Source of the DNA: Marsupella aquatica
Taxonomy: Eukaryota; Plantae; Marchantiophyta
Direction of reading: 5' to 3'
DNA: 64,000 bases
Assembly: GCA_973895155.1 (NCBI GenBank)
Contig: OZ316899.1
Span: forward strand, 9,484,287 to 9,548,286
This document shows positions 12,201 to 22,800 of the stretch, piece by piece; position 1 is the first letter of the stretch, and every line of letters begins with the position of its first letter. The notes beneath the pieces are model-generated. The model saw only the letters and a list, made by a program, of their open reading frames with translations. It did no database searches and had not been told where the DNA came from. The translations under genes were made by a program, and so were the position numbers.

Positions 12201-15200
12201 TCGTGGTTATCAGCATGCATTGCCTGCTGATATTTCATTATTGGGGGTGGATTATTTGGATCGTGTTGGCCCCATTGATTTGGTGATTGCGGGTTGGCCA
12301 TGTCAGGGTCAATCTCGGGCTGGAATTGGACATGGATTTCATGATCCAAGATCTGCATTATTTTGGGAGATGTTACGTGTGTTGCGCCATCTCCAGATGC
12401 ATCAGACACATTCTCCTGCATACATTTTGGAGAATGTCCCATTATTGGGTGACGATCGTCATCAAATTGTTGCTAGTGTTCATCAGGTTCGATCTTGGAT
12501 TGGACCTGCTGTGTTATTGGATGCTGCACGTGTGGGTTCTCGTGCACATCGTCCACGATTATGGTGGACTAACTTGTTACCATGTGAGGTCTTAAAGCGA
12601 GCATTTGATGGTGTACCTCGCTCAGCAACCTTAGTGGTGGATAGTATTTTGGATCCAGGGCGTCGTGCACAAAGTGTTACCCAATCTGATCGAACCCCAT
12701 TGGCAGTGGTGAATATTGTTGGGCGTCCGCGTTGTGCATTACCCACTTTTGTGAGCCATTCTGCTTCATACGCATTTCGAGCAGGTGGCACTGGACTTGT
12801 GTGGGATACAGCTCTACAACGATTAGTAGAGCCTACCGCTAATGAGAGAGGGCGGGCTATGGGATTTTTGACTAGCACCACTGCAGTGGCCTCGGTGTCG
12901 GAGCATTCACGTTGTCAAGTCCTTGGTCAAGCCATGGATTTGAATTGCTTGACTTGGATTATCAGCTTGGGATTAGCTGAACAATTGTGAATGCGCACTT
13001 CTAATGTTACAGATCGTCCATTGATGAGCTTGCGGCCTATTGAGACAGTAGCGGCCACAGCTGGGGGCGAGCAGATGATTGATGGACCTATGGCAAGATT
13101 GGCCAAGGTAGAACATATTGTTGAGCAGAAGGAGGTTGCTCAAACTATTGATAAATAGCAACGAGCGACTGACTCTTCCATCCATAGCCCACGGCTTGTG
13201 GCCTCTTCATCTCCAAAGGAAGACGTCACAGTTTTGATGGAGAGTCACAGCCCACGGCTTGTGGCCTCTTCAACTCCAACGGAAGACGTCACAACTTTGA
13301 AGGAGAGTCACAGCCCGCGGCTTGTGACCTCTTCAACTCCAAAGGAAGATGTCACAGCTTTGATGGAGAGTTGGGAACCACAGATTGGTCCTAAGTTGAC
13401 CTGGAGGGAGAGACGTTGCATGCATCAATTCTTGAAGAGTTATTGGAATTGTTTTGCATTTAGTATGAAGGATTTGGGGACATTGAAGGGTCCTGGTATT
13501 CAGATCGAATTGGCTAGTGATGCGCCAATCTTTCGACGACCGTATCGGTATAGTGACATGGAGAGGGCTTTGATCCAGAGTAGAACTCAGGATTTGTTGG
13601 AGGCTGGTTTGGTGGAGATCTCATACGGGGAGTATGCATCTGCCACAGTGATGCCAGCCAAGAAGGATGTGCATGGCAATTACACAGATAGGCGAATGTG
13701 TGGTGATTATCGACCTATTAATCGTCAGACAAAATCTGATCGATATGCCATGCCAACACCGGAGGAGATCTTTGATGCTATGGGGCATGCAAAGATATTT
13801 AGTTCGTTGGACCTCAAGGCGGGGTACCATCAATTGCCAATTAGGCATTCAGATAGATCCAAGACAGCATTTTGGGGAATTGATTCTTATGGCAAAGATC
13901 GTTTGTATCAGTGGTTGTTCTTACCATTTGGGTTGAAGAATGCACCAGCTGAATTCCAAAGAGTTATGGATCAAATTCTTGCAGGTTTGGATTTTGTGAG
14001 ATGTTACATTGATGATATTTTGGTCTATTCTTCGACTGTGGAAGAACATCAAAGACACTTGCAGATTGTGCTGGAGAGATTGAGAGAACATGGATTGAAA
14101 CTCCATCCTGGCAAATGTAAGTTCTTCCAAGACAAAATTGAGTATTTGGGCCACACTATCTACCCAGGAGGATTGGGTGTGCAAGAGACTAAGGTGGAGG
14201 CCATTACACAAATTCCTCGTCCTACTGATGTGAGTAGAGTACATGCATTCTTGGGATTGGCGAGCTATTATAGACGGTATGTGAAAGGATTTAGCCAACT
14301 TGCTAAACCTTTAACTATACTCACTAAGTTGGACCAGGAGTGGATTTGGGGTGACGACCAAGAGCATGCTTTCCAAGAATTGAAGGAAAGATTGGCGTCA
14401 ACACCTATTTTGAGAAGACCCGTTTCGGGACGACCATTTCAACTACACACTGATTGGAGTGGAGTAGGACTTGGAGCAGTGCTGACTCAGAAGGATGATG
14501 AGGGGAATGAGTTTGTTGTGGCATATGCCAGTAGATCAAACAATTCAGCAGAGGCTAAGTATAGCTCGTATGAGGGAGAGTGTTTGGCAGCTGTGTGGGC
14601 TGTGGCACATTTCCGTTGCTATTTGTTTGGTAATCCGTTCACCTTGATCACTGATCACCAGCCCCTCAAGTGGTTAATGGAGTCTAACAAGCTTACAGGA
14701 AAGCTTGCAGCACGATGGGCATTGTTGTTACAAGAGTATGATTTCCAGGTTGTACATAGGCCTGGTAAAGTGAACTTGGATGCGGATGGGTTGAGCCGTA
14801 ATCCATGTACCAGTCAAGAGGATGAGACTGGAGCTCGATGGCATGATGAGTCGGATAAGGAGAGTGTGCCAGGATGGCATGCATCTGCCTTTCTTTGTTG
14901 GGTTCCAACATATAGTGGATCTATGGACTCTACTTCATTGGATGGGGTAGACGTTGAGTCTTAAGATATGGATGTTGATGAGGTAGTTTTTGGGCAGCAA
15001 GATATTCATAACGACAAAAGAGTGTTGGAATATTTGCGTGGTGGCTCCATTGTTGGCAATTGTGATGCTAAGGAGCGCGATAGGGTTCTACAACGAGCCA
15101 AGAGGTTTCGATGGGAAGGAAACCATCTTTTGAGGATACTACGTGATGGCAAGGTGTTGGTTGTACCAAAACCGTCACAACGAGTACGTTTGGTGCGACA

Positions 15201-16443
15201 TGCGCACGAGGAGTTGGGTCACTTTGGTGTGAAACGCACATATAGCTTGTTGCAGACACAGTATTGGTGGCGTGGTATGCGCACTGAGGTCCAACAATTG
15301 ATTGCTAAGTGGGTGGTATGTGATCGAGTGCGAGCATCGTTCAATGCTCCCACTCCCCAATTGCATCCGCTATCGATAATGGGTTTGGGATATCGATGGA
15401 GTTTGGACTTTGCTGGTCCATTACCTCTTACCCAACGTCATAATCGATATATTTTGGTTATGGTGGAGCACTTCTCCAAGTGGATTGAACTAGTGGCATT
15501 GCCAGATAAAGCTAGTGGAGGAGTGGCTATCACATTTTTGGATCGAGTACTCAGTCATTTTGGAGCACCAGCTGAGGTGTTGACTGATCAGGGTACGGAA
15601 TTTTGTGGAGAGTTTGAGGGTTTGTGTGAGAAAGCTCTTATTGATCATCGTACTACTTCTCGTGATCATCTAGAGGCAGATGGATTGGCAGAGAGAGTTG
15701 TACAAACCGTGAAGAGAGGATTGCGTAAGTATGGCTTGCAGGTTGGTCATTTGGGAGATTGGGATCTCCAGCTACCTTGGTTAGCTATGGGCTACCGTTT
15801 TAGTCGACAAGCATCACTTGCATCCTTCTCACCTTATTTCTTGCTCTATGGTAGAGAGCCAGATTTGCCAGCGGCTATTCGTCGTGATGTGGCAATTGTT
15901 GTGGATTTGGACGATCCCGATGTTTTGGTCAAGGTGTGTTCAGAAAGGGCACGAGTTTTCGAGAGAGTCATGCCCATGGCCTTTGACAACCTTGCCATTG
16001 CCCAACATCGTGATACTTTGAGGTATGCCACTATTCGTGGAGGAGGTTATCGTGCGACGATTCGACGGTTTCATCCTGGTGATTTTGTTTATTTGCAGCA
16101 AACAGCACCCACGACACTTGATGTGACCACAGGTCGGACAATCTTACGTGTGCGTGAAGTGTTATCTTCTGGTGTCCTAATGTTGGAAGGACGTGATGGT
16201 ATGGTTTGGAAGGATCATGTGCGCAATTGTGCACCATGTCATCTTTCAAACATTGACGGTACTGTAGATCCAAGTTTGGCTCATGTTCGTGCCGGCTTGA
16301 AGTGTATGTTGTGTGGATCTGCTCAAGGAGCAGCCACTATGTTGATTTGTGATAAGTGTTCTAGAGGATGGCACATGTCGTGTTTAACACCACCATTAGA
16401 GGAGATTCCTAGTGGATCATGGTTGTGTCCTCAATGTCGGTGA
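9298..16443 (+). pseudogene. Single-frame polyprotein Gag-PR-C5 DNA methyltransferase-RT-RNase H-integrase-PHD, with three premature stops
   Basis: Knuckles CWTCGGDHAQRYC and CDHCGVSGHTKDRC; PR LLDTGAQ; DNMT LDLFGG, GWPCQG, YILENV, HRPRLWW, RAMGF, LGQAM; RT YIDD; RH LHTDWS; IN SLDFAG/LTDQGTEF/GLAERVV; PHD CMLC..CDKC..HMSC..WLCPQC. The ORFs at 9298, 13198 and 14968 share one frame. Confidence 0.95.
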
Positions 16444-16607
16444 AGCCGACTAGTTACCATTGGTGTTCTCATGGAAGGTATAGATTGCAGGAAGGTGATC
16501 GATGGGGCTCACTTGCACCCGGCCTCCTGATCTCCACACTTAAAAAGGTGTATATCAACCTTGTAGAACTTATGGCTAGCTAGAGTTAGGGGACCTCACT
16601 CCCAGCT

Positions 16608-16616
16608 AGGGGGGCG
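16608..16616 (+). promoter_or_regulatory. Polypurine tract of the DNMT-gypsy element
   Basis: AGGGGGGCG immediately before AT-TGTGAG (start of B1). Confidence 0.75.
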
Positions 16617-16618
16617 AT

Positions 16619-16753
16619 TGTGAGTTTTGGACATGTGTGGATAGGAGTTCCACTTGTACTCCATTCTCTTATGTTTGTAATGTTGATTGTGACTATGCTT
16701 AGATATGTGTGACAAGCGATGTATGTTGTGTAGCGATGTTTATGCGCACGACA
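16619..16753 (+). repeat. Repeat B1 (135 bp), directly after the PPT
   Basis: Matches 17088-17220 apart from a 2-bp GT indel. Confidence 0.97.
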
Positions 16754-16755
16754 GC

Positions 16756-17086
16756 TGTCACACCATTATGAGTGGTAGTATAGGATATCGGACTATGTAG
16801 GTTTGAGGCTTTCATATATGTGTTATCTAAGTGGTTTAGGGTTAGTGTATGTTTGTGAGGGATAGTTATATATCTCTTTGTGTTGGCTCAAAGGTCTCAT
16901 CTTTTGATGTTGAGCCTTTCGAGCACAAACTCTAGCGGCTATGGTGTGGCTGTCTAGGTTGTGTGTACGTAACGTGGATTCCTTGAGGCGCAAGGTGCGT
17001 TTGGCTTGACATAAGTGTGTGATCGCGTCAGACAAGATTGTGTGTTTGATTGGCATCAATCGTTGTTCGATTATTCTTGAAGATTA
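16756..17086 (+). repeat. Repeat A2 (331 bp)
   Basis: Copy of 7708-8038, separated from B1 by the dinucleotide GC. Confidence 0.97.
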
Positions 17087-17087
17087 T

Positions 17088-17220
17088 TGTGAGTTTTGGA
17101 CATGTGTGGATAGGAGTTCCACTTGTACTCCATTCTCTTATGTTTGTAATGTTGATTGTGACTATGCTTAGATATGTGACAAGCGATGTATGTTGTGTAG
17201 CGATGTTTATGCGCACGACA
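17088..17220 (+). repeat. Repeat B2 (133 bp), forming the right terminus
   Basis: Copy of B1 ending CACGACA and followed by the TSD CTCT. Confidence 0.97.
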
Positions 17221-17937
17221 CTCTCCCTCCAATGCCAACAGAGACCACAGGTCCGCAAACAAAAGTCAGGCTATCATTTCCTCTGCACTTTAAGGTCAAA
17301 ACAGATTCAATCGTGGTTGATGGCACTTCATTATTAAGTGGGGTTTTTGAGAACTCAAGCCCCCATCAAAAGCGTGGGGATCTCTCATCTAGTAAGAATC
17401 CGTCCAGGCAGTGGGTCGGTGCAATCGCGGGTTTGAAAACAACAAGATCGCTCCCTGCATCATAAACGTCATCCATGTTAGACTTAAAACCTTTAAAACA
17501 TTCGAATAACTCTTGTTGGATTAGGATGGTCCTAGTCCAACTTGAGATGGTTTTAGACTTGCTCCTACAATCGGGATTCAATCTCCTAGATGGATTAGGA
17601 TCATCCGAGTCCAACTTTGGATTGGGATCATCCAAGTCCAACTTTGGATTGGGATGGTCCGAGTCCAAGTTTGGATTTGGATGGTCCGAGTCCAAGTTTG
17701 GATTGGGATGGTCCGAGTCCAAGTTTGGATTGGGATGGTCCGAGTCCAAGTTTGGATTGGGATGGTCCCAGTCCTCTAAGACTTAGGGAGGATAGGTGAT
17801 GGATACTTACTAGGGATTCGTGATTGAAATTGTCTGGAGTCTTTGAGTGCCAGTTCCACATTGTCGCTCATAGAGGAGAGGTCAAACTCCTCCGTTTCTT
17901 CCACGTAGGACATTACAAGGACGCAATTCGCTTCCAT
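17221..17937 (-). pseudogene. 5' part of the same cargo gene (possible OB-fold-like segment), split by the gypsy insertion
   Basis: Removing 7708-17220 and one CTCT restores LTFVCGPVVSVGIGGR|GMNTVILKMHDKSCWVKVNL in frame. Probable ATG at 17937, with a repeat-filled intron at ~17515-17775. Confidence 0.65.
17516..17775. repeat. 30-bp tandem repeat (TTGGATTGGGATGGTCCGAGTCCAAGTTTG-type), probably intronic
   Basis: Imperfect-palindrome units related to the 5829-6216 core. Confidence 0.88.
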
Positions 17938-18979
17938 CTTTCTAACACATGGCAGTGTGACACGTGGCGTCTTAGCAGGCATCCGATCTAGGGCAATAAA
18001 AAATAATGGAGGTGGAAGGCGGAAGACGGAGGCAAGCGGAGGCGGGGAGGCGGAGAGAGAATGGAGAGCGGAGAGAGCGGAGAGCAGAGAGCAAGGAGAG
18101 CGAGAGGAGAGCGAGAGAGTGAGGAGGAGAGCGAGAGAGCAAGGAGTGAGAGAATGAGAATGAGGTCCTGGCTAGACCTCTCCGTCCCTTTACCCCCTCC
18201 TGCCTCACCCTGGCCTGTGTATGGCCGGTTGCCTCCTTCTACTGCGTACGGCCTGCTCCTGCATACGGCCCGTTGCCCTCACCTTGCATACGGCCTCCTT
18301 CCTTGATGTCCTGCCTACCTAACAGCCTTCCATGGTAGTCCCCGCGCAATTAGGCTCGTGAAGATAAGGTGTGTCCGCAAGCTAAGGTGAACGTGTACTC
18401 AACCCTTATCTTCACGCGATTTCCGGTTGAGCCGACTCGAGCGAAGGGTATAATTTGGGAGACGCCCACTTCGGAGCTCATTCTTGTTCTAGTTTCCCAA
18501 ATCTAAGCTCCATGTAATCCGGAGTGGAGTTTCTCTTAAAGTGTTATGTATTGAGCCACTTACCTTCATTGGGTCAGCTTAGCCAGCTTCTTGACTTTTG
18601 GAGTCCTCTCAGTTTATCTTTTACAGACATGTGTGGTTTAGGGTTCAGTTTGTTTTTTACTCCCAAGATTTAGTGGCATATAGCTTGTATTTCAAGGTTC
18701 TGGGAAGTTTTTACCATTATTCAAACAACAATGTATACCCCTTGGATGTGATATTCATCTTCTACCAGATCTTAATACTAAGGTGAGTATAAGGTTAATG
18801 CATTCAAATATAAGGTTCCATTATTTCATGAAACTGTATGTAGACATTAGGGTCCGCCTTAAGACCACGCAAACTTTAGGCTACACCATATCTAGGGAGA
18901 TCCGTAAAATACGGGGTCTTCCTAAATTTGGATTTTTTTTAGCTTAAGATGTTTGAAGTTTATCTCCCATTACATCATG

Positions 18980-19830
18980 GGTTGGTCTAGGATGGTCCTA
19001 GTCCAAGTTTGGATTAGGATCATCCGAGTCCAACTTTGCATTGGGATCATCTGAGTCCAACTTTGGATTGGGATCATACGAGTCCAAGTTTGAACTTGGA
19101 TGGTCCAAGTCCTAGTTTGGATTGGGATGGTCCGAGTCCAACTTTGGATTAGGATGGTCTGAGTCCAACTTTGGATTAGGATGGTCCGAGTCCAACTTTG
19201 GATTGGGATCATCCGAGTCCAAGTTTGAACTTGGATGGTCCGAGTCCAACTTTGGATTAGGATGGTCCGAGTCCAAATTTGGATTGGGATGGCCGAGTCC
19301 TAGTTTGGATTGGGATGGTCCGAGTCCAACTTTGGATTGGGATGGTCCGAGTCCAAGTTTGGACTTGGACGGTCCAAGTCCAAGTTTGGATTGGGACCAT
19401 CCCAATCCAAAGTTGGACTCGGATGGTCCAAGTCCTAGTTTGGATTGGGATGGTCCGAGTCCAACCTTGGACTGGGATGGTCCCAGTCCAAATCCAGAAT
19501 CGGAGGATCGTAGTCCAAATCCAGACTCAAAGGATTGCAGTCCAAATCCAGACTTGGATGGTCCCGGTCCAAATCCGGACTCGGATGGTCCCAGTCCAAA
19601 TCCAGAATTGGAGGATTGTAGTCCAAATCCAGACTCGGAGGATTGCAGTCCAAATCCAAACTTGGATGGTCCCGGTCCAAATCCGGACTCGGATGGTCCC
19701 AGGCCAAATCCAGAATTGGAGGATCGTAGTCAAAATCCAGACTCGGAGAATTGCAATCCTAATCCAGACTTGGATGGTCCCAGTCCAAATCCGGACTCGG
19801 ATGGTCCTAGTCCAAATCCAAAATTGGAGG
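18980..19830. repeat. Long array of the same 30-bp palindromic unit and derived higher-order variants
   Basis: Tandem TTGGATTGGGATGGTCCGAGTCCAAC units, a local inversion near 19385-19425, then GTCCAAATCC-based higher-order units. Confidence 0.9.
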
Positions 19831-19885
19831 ATAGTAGTCTGAATCAAAATTTGCATGAGTTTGGTTTTAATCCATTTTTTTCAGT

Positions 19886-22800
19886 GTGCAGGATAATAGG
19901 AAAAGGATGTCTCAAAGGTTTTCTAGGGGCGATTATGTTACCTTGACAATTGATGGTTACGACGTTGGAAATGGGACAGTTCAAAAGACAGATCCGCGAG
20001 AGAGTGTTCAAAATATTGTGTTGGGAGAGAATCAAATTGGGGTTCTCATTGAGAAGGCCTTTGGTGAGACTAGGAAGCTCCCTTTTCCAATGCCTAGGGC
20101 AGAAAATCTTCATGATGCCATTGACTCATGTGTCATTTGGGATATGTCATGTGCATATCGATCTGCGGATAAGATTACTCAAAAATGCATCAATATTGGT
20201 AGTTGTTCAACTTGAAAAGATAACAACATCCATAATTTTGCAAATGTAGAGGAGGATGCTTCGACCACCCTAAGGCCAGGCGATGAGGTTGAAATGTTTA
20301 TCTCTGGCCATTGTGTGGCCTTTGGAGTTGTTTTCAAGACCGATCCAATGGAGAGATGTCATAACATATTACTCGGTGAGTCTCGGGTTAGTGTAAAAGT
20401 CACAGATGTGATTCATGGTAGTAAGACTTTACCTTACGCACATGATGGAGCTGCAACAATTGAAGAGGCAAAGGGCTCCTGGGTTCTATGGGATGTGGTT
20501 GACGTCCACAATAAAGTATGGAATGTTGATATTGATGGGAGCAACAAATCTTCCTCTAAGAAGCAGAAGGACAAGGCAAATTTTGTTTCACAGTCTTGTT
20601 CGGCAAACACCACGGACACTAAGTGTGACTATTTTCATCGGGCAAACTGGATGTCAGAGTCGGTTGAACTCTACACTGGTTTGGATCAAACCAAAATGGT
20701 TGCCATTGGAACGATCACTGTCCCTCAAGTGACAGCAGCAGTTGATGATGAAATTCTTGGTGATGACCATGTTGGGATTGTTGTGAAAGATGTCGTGGCA
20801 GCACAATACTTTCCCAACATCCACAAGGGAGTAGTGAGTTTGATTCGATGGCGGATTGATTCAACAAAACTAGTTGCAAATGGAAAAATTTTGTCAAACA
20901 TTTTGGTGGAAGGTTCTGAGAGGATGGACTCAATGGATAGGGATGAACTCAATGCGGATGTAAGTGATAGAGGAGTACTGTGTTCAAGGCCGTACAATTT
21001 TAACAAGAGGAATCAAGTAGATCCGAATGAAAAGAAGAGGAGGTTGTTGGAAACCAAGGCAATTTCAAAAACAACAGAGGCGTCAATTGATGACGTGAAA
21101 AGAGAAAATTGTTGCAAGCAAAAATGTTGTCTCATTATGCCAAGGGAAAACATCGAAGATATTAGGATGGAATTTCATGGGATGTCAAGCGAGTCAAAAA
21201 TGTCACACATTTTCAACCTCTTTCACTATAGAGAGGATGATGTTCGTGATAAGGGACACCATGTTCTTAAGGGTATGGTCGTATGCAGACATGCATTTGC
21301 AATTATCCACGGTTTTAGCCACACCAAATATTATGATTACAAAAGGAGATACGTGGAGGGTTGCAAAATTGGGTTCCATGGCAATACGGGCTTGATGAAA
21401 ACAAGGGCAAATACCTTGCATGCACGAGCTCTGTTGGAGGCTTTTTTGACTTGAAATGCAGAGCCCATGCCTCATATGCCTTATGGAGGGGCACATGGGA
21501 CAGACTCTACTGAGTACCGTCTTCTGGCGTGTTACAAGAAGCTAGAGATTCTGGAAGATGTGAGAACAAAGATGAAGGAAAAAGGGCTTCCTCCTGTCAT
21601 AGAGAATACTCTCTACAAGATCTGGAGCAACTCATTTGCAAACTTCAGTTTTCATAAAGATGGTGCATTTGCCAAGTGTACTCTTTGTTGTGAATACAAA
21701 GACAGTTTGATGCGAGAAAGAAGGAAAAAAGAACGTGCTGAAATTGAAGAAAAGCGAGCGCAACATCTTCGTGAGCAAATGTCACGTAGATATGTTTACT
21801 ACGCTCATCGAGTGATGGCCAAACAACACCCAGGAGAATATCTTTGCGTTATTCACGACAAGATGGATCAAGCAAAGACATGGATTCCAAAAATGGTTAG
21901 TACTCCTAAATCTCTTTTGGGTCATGGAATGTCGCTACCTATTGCTCTCACAGGGATGTTGACCCACGGGAGGGATCCAGGAGAGTATGCACACTTTAGT
22001 GTCACTGGCCTTTGGCCAGGAGATGCCGATTTCACAGTTACATCCTTGGCTAAGTGTCTTCGAGACCTTGAAGAGTACAATGGAGACAAGACAGGTGACA
22101 TGTTGGATGGCCTTCATTGGGAACCTCACAGACCTTTCTTTGAAGCCCTACTTGACTTTGAAGCATTTTTGACGGGTTATTTGGAACCAAAGAATATACC
22201 GGTGAATACCTATTGGTTCTGAAGATGGAGCTGAGAGTCAGACTGAGACCGTCCCAAACCAACAAGATGAGGATGAAGGAGAAGACATGCAAGGAGAGCA
22301 AGGCAGTCCATCGTTCAAGCCCTTGCCAAGGCACCTAACATTGCAGATGGATAATTCAGCAAAGGACAACAAAAACCAGATTGTCATGGCATTTTGTAGC
22401 GAGCTTGTGAGTAGAGGAGTATTTGAAATTGTTCAAATGTCTTTTCTAATGGTTGGTCATACGCACGAAGATGTTGATGCACTCTTTTCAAAGGTATCAT
22501 ATCAAGTTCAACACAAAGAAGTTGCAACCCTCCTTGCTCTTATGGCAGAGGTATGGGAATGCGAGAGCATTCATCCAGTTCCCAGATTGATACAAGAAGT
22601 TGCATCTTACAAAGAATATCTTCAAACTTTCAAGGTGAAAGATATTCAAGGTCACTCAAAACCTGTATCATTTCTTTTCTCTATGAGAGATAATGTACCA
22701 ATATTTCAGTATAAGTCCCATGTAAAGCAAGCTTGGGCTCCAGTTGGTGGAAGGTGCATTTGGGCAACAGATCTGACAACAAATTCTCTTCTTTTACCTA

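Larger units (their letters stand above)
7708..17220 (+). mobile_element. Ty3/gypsy-type retrotransposon with DNMT and PHD domains and split direct repeats (A1-internal-B1-A2-B2)
   Basis: Termini TGTC...GACA; TSD CTCT (7704-7707, 17221-17224); polyprotein at 9298-16443; the interrupted host ORF rejoins in frame. Confidence 0.95.

Noticed and set aside
7708-17220. DIRS/PAT/Ngaro tyrosine-recombinase element
   Set aside because: No tyrosine recombinase ORF is seen; a protease, DDE integrase, PPT and a 4-bp TSD are present instead.
16619-17220. B-A-B as a separate mini LTR element (TRIM) or a solo LTR inserted at the 3' end
   Set aside because: There is no TSD around B1..B2 or around A2. The only TSD pairs the A1 start with the B2 end, and B1 directly follows the element's own PPT.
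17957-18306. Arg/Glu-rich ORFs
   Set aside because: GA-rich low-complexity sequence in the divergent spacer.
18970-19946. Extensin-like or Pro/Ser/Asp-rich ORFs (e.g. 19122-19946, 17366-17749)
   Set aside because: These are translations of the 30-bp tandem repeat, open in several frames on both strands.
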